A stretch of DNA of 46,097 bases from an uncultured Bacilli bacterium. GTDB taxonomy: Bacteria; Bacillota_I; Bacilli_A; RF39; UBA660. Position 1 is the stretch's first letter. Every line of letters starts with the position of its first letter. Location of the stretch: positions 1 through 46,097 of the forward strand of contig CANRBS010000005.1 in NCBI GenBank assembly GCA_947628895.1, in the 5' to 3' direction. Of the stretch, positions 1 to 10,157 are shown piece after piece. The notes beneath the pieces were generated by a model that did not search any database, was not told the DNA's origin, and saw nothing but the letters and a program-made list of their open reading frames with translations. A program made the position numbers and the translations under genes.

Positions 1-79
1 TCTTATTTTCTTTTAAGCTTGACACAAATTGAAATAAGTAATAAAATATTGTAGCTTTAAGAAAAGGAGGAATTAATTT

Positions 80-493
80 ATGAAAAGAAAATATGTAAAA
101 TTATATTTAGAAAATTGTAGTTTTTGGCAAACAAATCATGATAAAAGAATAGTAGAAGAGAAAAATTATGAATTAAAAGATGAAAGTATTTTAAATTATA
201 TTTATTTTAAACAAATAACTCCAAATATTTTAGAAGAAGAGCTTACAAATGAAAAAATTATATTAGATTCAAATACAAAAAATATTATCTTACCAAAAGG
301 AATAAAAATAGATCCTAATAATTTTAGCGAGTGTAGTATAGAAGAAATTATAAATACATTTAATGAAATGAAATTAAAAAATTTAAATAAAGAATATTAT
401 CAAACACTTTGTGATTTTATTTATAGAAGTAATATATGTGGTCGTGCAGAAGAAAGAAAAAATAATATTTCATTAAATTTATCAAATAAATAA
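80..493 (+). CDS. hypothetical protein
   Basis: 137-aa ORF with AAAGGAGG RBS, upstream TTGACA, and a downstream hairpin plus T-run; no recognisable motif. Confidence 0.7.
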   Translation: MKRKYVKLYLENCSFWQTNHDKRIVEEKNYELKDESILNYIYFKQITPNILEEELTNEKIILDSNTKNIILPKGIKIDPNNFSECSIEEIINTFNEMKLKNLNKEYYQTLCDFIYRSNICGRAEERKNNISLNLSNK

Positions 494-567
494 GATATTT
501 ACAAAAAAGTAATATCTTTTTTATTGTTTTAATGTTATAATTTTAATAGTGTTTTTAGGAGGAAATT

Positions 568-978
568 ATGAAGTTAACTAGAACAGAAGCAAGAGAAAAA
601 ATAATGATTATTTTATATCAAATAGATTTTTATATGAAAAATAATATTTCATATGATTTAGAAGATGTATTTAAAGAGAACTTAGAAATAGATAATAAAT
701 TTGTAAGAGATATTGTAAATGGTGTTTTAGAAAAAATAGATAATATTGATAAAATAATTAGTAAATATTTGGAAAATTGGGATTTAGATAGACTTGGTAA
801 AACTGATAAAGCTATTTTAAGACTTAGTACTTATGAAATGTTATATTATGATACTCCTAAAGTTGTTGTAATTAATGAAGCTATTGAACTTGCAAAAAAA
901 TATAGTGATGATAAAATAGTTAAATTAATAAATGCAGTTCTTGATAAAGTAAGAGATAATGAGGTAATAGATGAATAA
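568..978 (+). CDS. nusB: transcription antitermination factor NusB
   Basis: RTEAREK N-terminus, WDLDRLGKTDKAILRL, VINEAIELAKKY, INAVLD; precedes xseA. Confidence 0.95.
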   Translation: MKLTRTEAREKIMIILYQIDFYMKNNISYDLEDVFKENLEIDNKFVRDIVNGVLEKIDNIDKIISKYLENWDLDRLGKTDKAILRLSTYEMLYYDTPKVVVINEAIELAKKYSDDKIVKLINAVLDKVRDNEVIDE

Positions 979-2311
979 TGAATATCTAACAGTTTCAGAT
1001 ATTAATAAAATAATTAAATATACAATAGAAGGGAATGAAGAGCTTAGAAGTGTCTATCTTAAAGGTGAAATTAGTAATCTTAAATTTCATGGAAGAGGGC
1101 ACTTATATTTTTCATTAAAAGATGAAACAAGTAAAATAAATGCAGTAATGTTTAATTATGCAAGATCATTAGTAAACTATATTCCAAAAGATGGTGACTC
1201 TGTACTTGTACATGGAAGAATTGGAGTATATGAGATAGGTGGAAGTTATCAAATATATGTAGATGAAATGAGCTTGGATGGTGTTGGAAATCTTTATGTA
1301 TTATTTGAAGAATTAAAGAAAAAACTTGCAAAAGAGGGATTATTTGATAAAGAACATAAGCAAAAAATAAAAAGAGTTCCAAGAAAAATCGGTGTTATAA
1401 CAGCACCAACAGGGGCAGCAGTAAGAGATATAATTTCTACTATTAATAAAAGATTTCCAATGACAGAAATATATTTATTTCCAACATTAGTTCAAGGAGA
1501 AAATGCAGCAAAAAATATAGTTAAAATGATAGAACTTGCTAATACATTTGATGATATTGATACAATTATACTAGGCCGTGGTGGTGGATCTATTGAAGAT
1601 TTATGGGCATTTAATGAAGAAATAGTAGCAAGAAGTATATATAATAGTAGAATACCAATAATTAGTGGTGTTGGTCATGAAATAGATTTTACAATTAGTG
1701 ATTTTGTAGCTGATTTAAGAGCACCAACTCCAACAGGAGCAGCACTTCTTGCAACACCTGATATAGAAGAAGTAAGAAGGTATTTTAAAAATGCAATGTC
1801 ACGAGCACATTCATCTATAGATAATATTATTTTTAGTTATAATCAATTATTAAATAAATATAAATCAAATTATATATTAAATAATCCTATAAGATTATAT
1901 GAAATGAAAATACAAAAAATAGATAATTTATATGATAGATTAAATAACTATATTAATAATTATTTAGATAATTATAAACATATAATAGATAAATATAAAT
2001 CAAATTATATACTTAATAATCCTAAAATGTTATATGAAATTAAAAGTCAAAAAATTAGTATGCTTAAGGAAAATATTGGTAAATTAGCAAATAAAACTAT
2101 TGAAAATAATTTAAATAGAGTAAATACATTAAAATTAAAACTAGAATTATTAAATCCTAAAAATATAATTGATAAAGGTTATTCTATTGTATATAAAGAT
2201 AATGAAATTATTAAAGATATTAATACATTAAAAATAAATGATGAAATTAATATAATGGTAAAAAATGGAAAAATTACCGCAAATGTAAAAGGAGTAAGTA
2301 AAAATGAGTGA
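971..2311 (+). CDS. xseA: exodeoxyribonuclease VII large subunit
   Basis: GEISN..GHLYFSLKD, GRGGGSIEDLWAFNEE, GVGHEIDFTISDFVADLRAPTPTGAA. Confidence 0.97.
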   Translation: MNNEYLTVSDINKIIKYTIEGNEELRSVYLKGEISNLKFHGRGHLYFSLKDETSKINAVMFNYARSLVNYIPKDGDSVLVHGRIGVYEIGGSYQIYVDEMSLDGVGNLYVLFEELKKKLAKEGLFDKEHKQKIKRVPRKIGVITAPTGAAVRDIISTINKRFPMTEIYLFPTLVQGENAAKNIVKMIELANTFDDIDTIILGRGGGSIEDLWAFNEEIVARSIYNSRIPIISGVGHEIDFTISDFVADLRAPTPTGAALLATPDIEEVRRYFKNAMSRAHSSIDNIIFSYNQLLNKYKSNYILNNPIRLYEMKIQKIDNLYDRLNNYINNYLDNYKHIIDKYKSNYILNNPKMLYEIKSQKISMLKENIGKLANKTIENNLNRVNTLKLKLELLNPKNIIDKGYSIVYKDNEIIKDINTLKINDEINIMVKNGKITANVKGVSKNE

Positions 2312-2534
2312 AAGTAAAAAAGAAAAAAAATTTGAAGATGCAGTAAGAGAACTTGAAACAATAGTTTCAGAACTTGAAAGTGGTGAACTTGACTTGGATA
2401 AGTCTATTTCTAAATATACAGAAGCTATGAAATTAATAGATTTTTGTGAAAAAAAGTTAAATACTGCAACTACTACTATTAATAAAATAGTGGATGAAAA
2501 TGGTAAAATTTCAGACTTTGAAATAGAAGAATAA
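2304..2534 (+). CDS. xseB: exodeoxyribonuclease VII small subunit
   Basis: FEDAVRELETIVSELESGELDLDKSI; overlaps the xseA stop. Confidence 0.95.
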   Translation: MSESKKEKKFEDAVRELETIVSELESGELDLDKSISKYTEAMKLIDFCEKKLNTATTTINKIVDENGKISDFEIEE

Positions 2535-2615
2535 ATAATATAGAAATATTTGGTTAACTAATAATTGGTTAGTTAAATATATAAAATAAGTTAAAAATAA
2601 TAATGAGGTGATATC

Positions 2616-3605
2616 ATGAAAAAAGTGATTATTACTATATTTATTATTTTATTTTTGCCTGTTTATGTATTTGCATACTCAAAAAATGTAATTCCTGGTG
2701 GAGAAAGTGTTGGAATACAAATAAATTCTGATGGGCTAATAGTAGTAGCTTATTATAAAGTAAATGGTAAATATATTGCTAAAGATAATATAAAAATAGG
2801 TGATAGAATAACAAAAATAAATAATCAAGAAGTATCTTCTATTAGTGAACTTACTAATGTAATAAATAAAGAAATTACTGATTCATTAAGTGTTGATGTA
2901 GAAGTTATAAGAAATAATAAAAGTGTAAAAACTAAATTAAAGCTAGAAGTAGAAAATTCCGTATATAAAACAGGATTATATATAAAGGATAGTGTTACTG
3001 GACTTGGAACACTTACATATATAGATCCAATAACTAAAGTTTATGGTTCTTTAGGACATGAGATAATACTTAGTGAAACTAATGATAGAATTGAAGTTAA
3101 AGATGGTAATATTTTACTTAGTAAAGTTACTAATATAAATAAAAGTAGAAATGGAAAAGTAGGAAGTAAGAATGCTAATATTTTATATAATAAAAAAATT
3201 GGAACAATATCTAAAAATATAAATACTGGTATATATGGATTTTATACTTCATCACTTCCAAATAAAAATACTATGGAAGTTGCAGAATTCTCTGAAATTA
3301 ATAAAGGAAATGCTTACATTTTAACAGTTACTAAAGATAATGAAGTAAAAAAATATAATATTAATATAATAGATAAATATTATAATAAAAAAGATACTCA
3401 AAAAGCTTTTAGTTTTGAAGTTACAGATAAAGATTTAATAAATAAAACAGGTGGTATAGTTCAAGGAATGAGTGGATCGCCAATAATTCAAAATAATAAA
3501 TTAATCGGAGCAGTTACAAATGTTGTAATTGATAATGTTAAATTAGGTTATGGAATAAGTATAATAACAATGCTAAAATCAGGAGATGAACTATTATATA
3601 ATTAA
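2616..3605 (+). CDS. spoIVB: SpoIVB peptidase (S55) with PDZ domain
   Basis: GLGTLTYIDP, SLGHEI, TGGIVQGMSGSPIIQN, GAVT. Confidence 0.9.
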   Translation: MKKVIITIFIILFLPVYVFAYSKNVIPGGESVGIQINSDGLIVVAYYKVNGKYIAKDNIKIGDRITKINNQEVSSISELTNVINKEITDSLSVDVEVIRNNKSVKTKLKLEVENSVYKTGLYIKDSVTGLGTLTYIDPITKVYGSLGHEIILSETNDRIEVKDGNILLSKVTNINKSRNGKVGSKNANILYNKKIGTISKNINTGIYGFYTSSLPNKNTMEVAEFSEINKGNAYILTVTKDNEVKKYNINIIDKYYNKKDTQKAFSFEVTDKDLINKTGGIVQGMSGSPIIQNNKLIGAVTNVVIDNVKLGYGISIITMLKSGDELLYN

Positions 3606-3634
3606 GAAAATTTTTATTGTCTTTTTAAATTTAT

Positions 3635-3764
3635 AAAAAAAGAACATTATATTAAGTATTTTAAGGAACTAACCAATAATTAGTTATATGAATAAAAAGA
3701 TGTAAATCTATTATTCTATTTGTAGTGTTTTTTGAATAAATAAATACTTTAATAAAATGTTCTT
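3635..3764 (-). ncRNA. candidate structured small RNA (possibly 6S-like)
   Basis: Minus-strand promoter directly upstream; 5' and 3' ends pair over ~20 nt (3743-3764 with 3639-3660); internal hairpins; ends in a U-run; no ORF. Confidence 0.4.
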
Positions 3765-3770
3765 AAGTAT

Positions 3771-3799
3771 AGTATAACACTACAATATAATTTTGTAAA
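3771..3799 (-). promoter_or_regulatory. sigma-A type promoter (TTTACA-17 bp-TATACT, extended -10 TG)
   Basis: Reverse complement of 3794-3799 and 3771-3776 with an exact 17-bp spacer. Confidence 0.55.
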
Positions 3800-3869
3800 G
3801 TATAACATTATATTTTGATATTAAGTAAAAAAATGTTGATTTTTATTTAAAATTATAGTATTATTAACT

Positions 3870-3945
3870 AGAAGTTGTCCCCAGTTTAGAAAGTCTCTGA
3901 TTCTATACTTAGGATATACGGATATTTAGGAAAAGGAGGATGTTT
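3870..3945 (+). promoter_or_regulatory. putative S15 autoregulatory leader RNA
   Basis: GC-enriched imperfect hairpin (tcc..agt.tagaa / ttcta.act..gga) directly 5' of rpsO, where Firmicutes carry an S15 leader. Confidence 0.4.
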
Positions 3946-3949
3946 TAAA

Positions 3950-4219
3950 ATGGCATTAAGTAAAGAAAAGAAAACTTCTATTATAGAAGAATTCGCTAGA
4001 AACAAAAAAGACACTGGTAGTGTTGAAGTACAAGTTGCTCTTTTAACTGAAAGAATCAATAGATTAACAGAACATATGAAAGAACATACACATGATTATC
4101 ACACTAACCGTGGACTACTACAAATGGTAGGAAAAAGAAAAAGTTTACTTGATTATCTAAAAAAAGAAGATGTACAAAGATATCGTGAACTTATCAAAAA
4201 ATTAAATTTAAGAAAGTAG
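3950..4219 (+). CDS. rpsO: 30S ribosomal protein S15
   Basis: [36 protein letters not shown]. Confidence 0.98.
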   Translation: MALSKEKKTSIIEEFARNKKDTGSVEVQVALLTERINRLTEHMKEHTHDYHTNRGLLQMVGKRKSLLDYLKKEDVQRYRELIKKLNLRK

Positions 4220-4241
4220 GCACTTGTTTTAAGTGCCTTTT
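4218..4241 (+). terminator. hairpin between rpsO and pnp
   Basis: aggcactt-gtttt-aagtgcct followed by ttt. Confidence 0.7.
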
Positions 4242-4262
4242 ACTTTAAGAGAGGAGAAGTAT

Positions 4263-6440
4263 ATGAAAAGAGTATTTGAATATGATTTTCAAGGTAGGAA
4301 ATTGGTAATAGAGCATGGAGAATTAGCTAAACAAGCAGGTGGTGCAGTACTTGTAAGATATGATGATACAGTTATATTATCTACAGCTGTTATGAGTAAT
4401 AATGTATCAACTGCAGACTTCTTCCCATTAACAATCCTTTATCAGGAAAAACTATATTCTGTTGGTAAAATCCCAGGAGGATTTATTAAAAGAGAAGGTC
4501 GTCCAACAGATGAAGCAACTCTTACTGCAAGAGTTATTGATAGACCTATAAGACCAATGTTTGATGAAAACTTTAGAAATGAAGTACAAGTTGTAAATAC
4601 AGTTTTAAGTGTAGACCCAGATAGAACACCAGAAATGACTGCAATGTTTGGTTCATCTCTAGCACTTTGTATTTCTTCAATTCCATTTGATGGTCCAGTA
4701 TCTGGAGTAATAGTTGGTAAAATTGATGGGGAACTTAAGATTAACCCAACTTGTGAAGAAATGGAAAGAAGTACAATTAATTTAACTGTTGCTGGTACTA
4801 AAGATGCTATTAACATGGTAGAAAGTGGTTCTAAACAAGTAAGTGAAGAAGAAATGTTAGAAGCATTAATGTTTGGTCATGAAGCAGTTAAAGAGTTATG
4901 TATGATCCAAGAAGACATTATAAGTGAAATAGGAGAAGAAAAAATAGAAGTTACACTAGCTACTATACCAGATGAATTAAGAAGTGAAGTAGAAGATGAT
5001 ATCAAAGAAGATATGATTGCAGCTATTCAAATTAAAGATAAACTTGAAAAGTATGCTAGAATTGATGAAGTAAAAGAAATGGCTGTTACTCACTATAGTG
5101 AAAAACATGAAGGCGAAGAAGATTTAGAAAGTAATTTAAAACTTGTTAAAAAAGTTGCTGATGAAATTGAGGGTAATGAAGTTAGAAGACTTATTACAAA
5201 TGAACATATAAGACCAGATGGAAGAGATATGGATGAAATAAGAGAATTATCAGCAGCCGTAGATTTACTTCCAAGAACACATGGTAGTGCATTATTTACA
5301 AGAGGACAAACTCAAGCACTTGCTATTACTACACTTGGTGCACAAAATGAAGAACAAATTTTAGATGGACTTGGACTTGAAGACTCTAAAAAGTTTATTT
5401 TCCATTACAACTTCCCAGCATTTAGTGTTGGTGAAACAGGAAGATATGGAGCACCTGGTAGAAGAGAAATAGGACATGGAGCTCTAGCAGAAAGAGCACT
5501 TTTACAAGTTATGCCATCTCAAGAAGAATTCCCATATACAGTAAGAGTAGTATCTGAAGTATTAGAAAGTAATGGTTCATCTAGTCAAGCAAGTATTTGT
5601 GCTGGATGTATGTCATTAATGGCTGCAGGTGTACCAATTAAAGCACCAGTTGCAGGAATTGCAATGGGACTTATTACAGAAGATGGAACATGTGACTCTA
5701 AATATACAATTTTAACAGATATTCAAGGACTTGAAGATCATATGGGAGATATGGACTTCAAAGTAGCTGGTACTAGAAAAGGAATTACAGCTCTTCAAAT
5801 GGATATTAAAATTAAAGGTGTTACTAAAGAAGTATTAAGAGAAGCTTTAGAAAAAGCACATAAAGCAAGAATGAAAATACTTGATGTTATGGAAAATACT
5901 ATTCCAGAAGTAAGACATGAATTATCACCATATGCACCTAAAATTAGAACTATGAAAATAGAACCAGAAAAAATTAAAGATGTTATTGGAAAAGGTGGAG
6001 AAACTATTACTAAGATTATATTAGAATCAAGTAATGTTCCATCAGTAAATCATAAAGATGCTGTTAAGATTGATATAGATGATGATGGAAATGTAATATG
6101 CTATCACATGAAACAAGAAGTTTTAGATAAAGCAATTTCTATGATTGAAGATATTACAAAAGAAGTTGAAATTGGAAAAGTATATACAGTAAAAGTAGTA
6201 GATATTCAAGACTTTGGTGCTTTTGTAGAATTATGGCCAGGTTGTGAAGGACTAGTTCATGTATCTCAACTTGATAATAAGAGAGTAAATCATCCAAGTG
6301 ATATTCTTAAAGTTGGAGATGAAATTGTAGTTAAAGCAATTGGTTATGATAGAAAAGGTAAATTAAACTTATCAAGAAAAGAATTATTACCAAAAGAAGA
6401 AAAGAAACCAAAAGATAAAAATTCTAAAAAAGAAGAGTAA
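4263..6440 (+). CDS. pnp: polyribonucleotide nucleotidyltransferase (PNPase)
   Basis: [52 protein letters not shown] and S1 domains; ATG at 4263 preferred (GAGGAG RBS). Confidence 0.98.
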   Translation: MKRVFEYDFQGRKLVIEHGELAKQAGGAVLVRYDDTVILSTAVMSNNVSTADFFPLTILYQEKLYSVGKIPGGFIKREGRPTDEATLTARVIDRPIRPMFDENFRNEVQVVNTVLSVDPDRTPEMTAMFGSSLALCISSIPFDGPVSGVIVGKIDGELKINPTCEEMERSTINLTVAGTKDAINMVESGSKQVSEEEMLEALMFGHEAVKELCMIQEDIISEIGEEKIEVTLATIPDELRSEVEDDIKEDMIAAIQIKDKLEKYARIDEVKEMAVTHYSEKHEGEEDLESNLKLVKKVADEIEGNEVRRLITNEHIRPDGRDMDEIRELSAAVDLLPRTHGSALFTRGQTQALAITTLGAQNEEQILDGLGLEDSKKFIFHYNFPAFSVGETGRYGAPGRREIGHGALAERALLQVMPSQEEFPYTVRVVSEVLESNGSSSQASICAGCMSLMAAGVPIKAPVAGIAMGLITEDGTCDSKYTILTDIQGLEDHMGDMDFKVAGTRKGITALQMDIKIKGVTKEVLREALEKAHKARMKILDVMENTIPEVRHELSPYAPKIRTMKIEPEKIKDVIGKGGETITKIILESSNVPSVNHKDAVKIDIDDDGNVICYHMKQEVLDKAISMIEDITKEVEIGKVYTVKVVDIQDFGAFVELWPGCEGLVHVSQLDNKRVNHPSDILKVGDEIVVKAIGYDRKGKLNLSRKELLPKEEKKPKDKNSKKEE

Positions 6441-6448
6441 AATTAAAT

Positions 6449-6485
6449 AAAATTTCCATTTAGTTAAAGTGGAAATTTTTATTTT
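6449..6485 (+). terminator. intrinsic terminator after pnp
   Basis: aaaatttcca...tggaaatttt stem followed by a T-run. Confidence 0.75.
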
Positions 6486-6528
6486 TTAATTTCAAAGATT
6501 TAAAATTGTCAAGATATAAAAGTACCTC

Positions 6529-6558
6529 TTGATAATATTTGAGTATATAAGATATAAT
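6529..6558 (+). promoter_or_regulatory. sigma-A promoter of pilin paralog 1 (TTGATA-18 bp-TATAAT)
   Basis: Same position and boxes as the promoters of paralogs 2 and 3 but lacking the TA tract. Confidence 0.6.
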
Positions 6559-6590
6559 AAAACATATAGAATAGAGAAGAGGTAATCAAA

Positions 6591-8288
6591 ATGAAAAATA
6601 GAAAAGGTTTTACATTAGTAGAACTTTTAGCTGTAATAGCAATTTTAGCAATACTAGTAATCATAGCTTTGCCTAATGTGCTTAAAATGTTTAGGGATGC
6701 AAAAGTAAATACATTTACTCGTGAAGTACAAAATATAATTAGAAGTGCTGAAGATAAATATGTATCTTCATCAATTGGAAATAAAGAAATAAAATGTTTT
6801 GATAGTAGTACAAATGCATTAAATTTAGATGGAAGAAGTAATATATTGTATGTAGTTAAATTTAATGATAAAGGAAAGATAATAGAGGTAAGGGCAAGAG
6901 ATGAGGCAAATGAATTAATAGCAAATAATTCACTTGGAATACAAAGAGAAGACATAGGAAAAAAGTATAAAGTAAATGAAGCAAAAACACAAATATTAGA
7001 TTGTAGAGGAAATGAGTTAACAAGTGGAGAAAAAGTAGTATATAAAGAAAGTGAATTAAATGGGTCTGATCCAGTACTAGGAAGTGGAATGATACCAGTA
7101 ATGTTATCAGATACAGGAGTAGTAACATATGCACATGAATATGATGAGTGGTATAAATATTCATCAAAGAAATGGGCAAATGCAGTAATACTAGTAGACA
7201 AACCAAGTAAAGAGTATACTGAAGGAGATACAATATTAGAAAGTGATATAAGGGCATATTTTGTATGGATACCAAAATATAGTTATAGAATATTTAATTT
7301 GGGAGATTATGAAGGATTAGAAAGTAGTGAACCAGAAAAAAGTAGTGCTCAACAAATAGAGATAGAATTTGGAACAAGAACAACAGGAGAAGCAGAAGGT
7401 GAATGTATAACACCAATGGAAAGTGGACTTTCAAGAGCAAAGAATGCCACAAAAGATTGTCAGGTTGGAGACTTAATGACACATCCAGCATTCTTATCAA
7501 TACCATCAAATGGATTTTGGGTAGGAAAATTTGAAACAGGCTATAATCAAAATGAAGATCCAAGTCAACCTATAACTGATGAAAATATATCTACTTGGAC
7601 AAAAGAACAAGCACAAATAGATGCAGAAAATCCAACAAATATAATAGTAAAACCAAATATATATTCATGGAGATATACAACAGCATATAATGTCTTTATG
7701 AGTGCCTACAATTTTAATAGAAACCTAGATAGTCATACAATGAAAAATACAGAATGGGGAGCTGTAGCATATTTATCACACTCTATATATGGAATACAAA
7801 ATGAAGTAAGTATAAATAAAAATAGTAATTTTTTAACAGGATATGCAACTAATTCAAAATGGAATACAGATACTGGAAAATTAGCTAGTACTACAGGAAA
7901 TATAACTGGAGTATATGATATGAGTGGTGGAGCATATGAATATATGGCATCATATATTGATGGATTACCACAAACAATAAGTGGAATGGAAAGTATAGTA
8001 TCAAATGAAGAATATAATAAATATTTAGATAAATATTCAAAATTAATTACTTCAGCTACGGCATATAAATATAGAATACTCGGAGATGCAACAGGAGAAA
8101 TGGGACCATTCTATAATAATAAAAGTACATGGTATACTGATAATGCAATTTTTATTGATGAGACTAATCCTATTTTCTTTCGTGGTGGCTACATTAGTAA
8201 TACTAATGATGCTGGTCAGTTTAACTTTCATCACTATACTGGAGCACCTGTTAATCATCATAGCTTTCGTATGATTCTTGTCCTTTAA
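6591..8288 (+). CDS. type IV prepilin-like protein with C-terminal CLec/FGE-like variable domain (paralog 1; putative DGR target)
   Basis: KG|FTLVELLAVIAILAIL prepilin motif; GFWVGKFE, NTEWGAVAYL, GNITGVYDMSGGAYEY, RGG..G.F.F..G...FR C-terminus. Confidence 0.85.
   Translation: MKNRKGFTLVELLAVIAILAILVIIALPNVLKMFRDAKVNTFTREVQNIIRSAEDKYVSSSIGNKEIKCFDSSTNALNLDGRSNILYVVKFNDKGKIIEVRARDEANELIANNSLGIQREDIGKKYKVNEAKTQILDCRGNELTSGEKVVYKESELNGSDPVLGSGMIPVMLSDTGVVTYAHEYDEWYKYSSKKWANAVILVDKPSKEYTEGDTILESDIRAYFVWIPKYSYRIFNLGDYEGLESSEPEKSSAQQIEIEFGTRTTGEAEGECITPMESGLSRAKNATKDCQVGDLMTHPAFLSIPSNGFWVGKFETGYNQNEDPSQPITDENISTWTKEQAQIDAENPTNIIVKPNIYSWRYTTAYNVFMSAYNFNRNLDSHTMKNTEWGAVAYLSHSIYGIQNEVSINKNSNFLTGYATNSKWNTDTGKLASTTGNITGVYDMSGGAYEYMASYIDGLPQTISGMESIVSNEEYNKYLDKYSKLITSATAYKYRILGDATGEMGPFYNNKSTWYTDNAIFIDETNPIFFRGGYISNTNDAGQFNFHHYTGAPVNHHSFRMILVL
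8130..8288 (+). repeat. DGR-like variable region VR1
   Basis: 52 codons, gap-free against VR2/VR3; 45 of 52 codons end in C/T. Confidence 0.65.
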
Positions 8289-8486
8289 TTTTTTAATAGA
8301 TTTATATAAAAATATATTTATAAATTAAAAGATTAATATTTAATATAATTTTTATAATTCATAAATAAAAAATCATTAAAAAGAAAATTTTGTATCAATA
8401 AAGTGTTAAAAATTTTCTTTTTTTATTGTACTTTATAAAAAATAATGATAAAATTATTTTGTAAAGTAAAGGAGAGTAAGGAAGAT

Positions 8487-10076
8487 ATGAAGAAAAAATT
8501 AACATTAAGCTTATTAACATTTTTTGTGTTTTCTGTTTTAACATTAAATGTTAATGCAACATTATTAGAAATTCCTATAGACACAGATGCACAAGCACCA
8601 GTTGATATTCCAAAAGAAAACTCACAATTATATGCAGCATTAACTGAAAAATTTGATTTTAGTAAAATTAAATTTACTGTTGATGGTAATGATAATGAGT
8701 ATATTGCAGGACATACTAATATGCAAAAAATTATTTTAACTGAAAGTTTTGATACTACTAAAAGTGGTCTTGCAGTTTTAGGAGATAAATGGTTTACTGC
8801 ATATTGTTTAGATGGAGATTTAAAATATCCACAATATGGTTATTTTAATTCAGCTGCAGCAGTAGCAGCAGAAGCATTAGATTCTGGAAAAACAGAGGAA
8901 GATAAATTAAAAATTTATATTTTAGCAGCATTATTAAATAATAGTGGATTATATGATGCATTAGAAAAAGCAAAAGGATATTCAGTAGATCCAGTTGTTG
9001 ATTACACTATTTCTGGTGGTAAAGATGCTAAAACTACATTAGAAGATTTAAGAGCTGGAAAAGAAATAACAATTGATGTACAAAAAGTTACATATCATGA
9101 TTTAAGAGGTGGACAATTAGAAATACCAGCTAAAGATTTAGCTAAAAGTGATGTTTCTACTTATACATTAAAATTCAAATTAGAAGATGCAGTATTAGAT
9201 AAATATACAACTACAAAAATGAATGATAGAACTTATGATCATGCATTATGGATTTTAGAACACTCATATCCTACAATGCCATTAAATACTTCATTAGATT
9301 ATGCTGGAGTTGATAGTGTAAAATTAAAAGAAGAATTAAAGACTCTAGATAAATCTATTAATGATGGTAACATTGATGGATATTTAAAAAATTATGTATA
9401 TTCAACAATACAATATTCTATTTGGAAAGTATACGATGGTATTAACAATGATGGTAAAAAATTAGGTAATACTTTAGTAGGAAGTGAAGAATTAAATAAA
9501 TTATATCAATTCTTAATTAAAGATAGAGAAGAATACAATGGTTATAGTACATTAAATTTCACTAACAAATTAAATTTAGAACAACCTGCTAGTGGAAAAG
9601 AAATATTTAAAGAAACTGATTCAGCTTATACATATGGACCATATAAAGCATCATATGATGTTCTAAGTGGTGGAAATGTTGAATTAACTATAACTAATGC
9701 AAATAAAGATGGAATTAAAATTGTTGATGAAAATGGTACAGTAATTAATCAAATTGAACCAAATAAACCATTCTATATTGAATGTAATAAAAAAGAAAAA
9801 ATAGCAAATGTTTCAATTAAATTAACTTTAAAAGGAGCATCTGCATTTGAACCAGCAACAAATAGAGGTAGAATTTATTATGCATTATATCCTCTAGCTC
9901 AAAATGTTATGTCTGGTGGAAAAATTGTTAATTTAGATTTAGAAAAATCATTTGATTTAGTTTATAATCCAAAAACAGGTGTTGAAAATGTTGCAGTATT
10001 ATTATTAATTACTTTAGTTGCATTTTCACTTGCATACTTAGTATTAAGTTATAAATCAAAATCAGTTGAACTATAA
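8487..10076 (+). CDS. surface-anchored thioester-domain (Cys-Gln TED) adhesin-like protein
   Basis: Signal peptide MKKKLTLSLL..VNA (ATG 8487 after a strong RBS); AYCLDGDLKYP and IQYSIW motifs; NPKTG + hydrophobic segment + charged tail. Confidence 0.75.
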   Translation: MKKKLTLSLLTFFVFSVLTLNVNATLLEIPIDTDAQAPVDIPKENSQLYAALTEKFDFSKIKFTVDGNDNEYIAGHTNMQKIILTESFDTTKSGLAVLGDKWFTAYCLDGDLKYPQYGYFNSAAAVAAEALDSGKTEEDKLKIYILAALLNNSGLYDALEKAKGYSVDPVVDYTISGGKDAKTTLEDLRAGKEITIDVQKVTYHDLRGGQLEIPAKDLAKSDVSTYTLKFKLEDAVLDKYTTTKMNDRTYDHALWILEHSYPTMPLNTSLDYAGVDSVKLKEELKTLDKSINDGNIDGYLKNYVYSTIQYSIWKVYDGINNDGKKLGNTLVGSEELNKLYQFLIKDREEYNGYSTLNFTNKLNLEQPASGKEIFKETDSAYTYGPYKASYDVLSGGNVELTITNANKDGIKIVDENGTVINQIEPNKPFYIECNKKEKIANVSIKLTLKGASAFEPATNRGRIYYALYPLAQNVMSGGKIVNLDLEKSFDLVYNPKTGVENVAVLLLITLVAFSLAYLVLSYKSKSVEL

Positions 10077-10084
10077 AAAATTAT

Positions 10085-10120
10085 AAGAAAACATTTAAAA
10101 AAGAAGTGTTTTCTTTTTTT
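10085..10120 (+). terminator. intrinsic terminator
   Basis: aagaaaacattt...aagtgttttctt stem followed by a T-run. Confidence 0.7.
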
Positions 10121-10157
10121 ATGGCTAATAATATAGTAGAGGGAAGAAAGGAGTGTT

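Noticed and set aside
1855-2040. Repeated KYKSNYILNNP..LYE unit (45-aa period) in xseA
   Set aside because: Helical repeats in the XseA C-terminal region are expected for the family
6509-7563. Long antisense ORFs recurring opposite all three pilin paralogs (also 14247-15229 and 26713-27731)
   Set aside because: Shadows of purine-skewed, near-identical sense genes; low-complexity L/F/S/I products with no RBS
8086-8274. Alternative-frame ORFs over the three VRs (also 15776-16012 and 28299-28496)
   Set aside because: Likely a by-product of the biased VR codon composition; no RBS or conserved product
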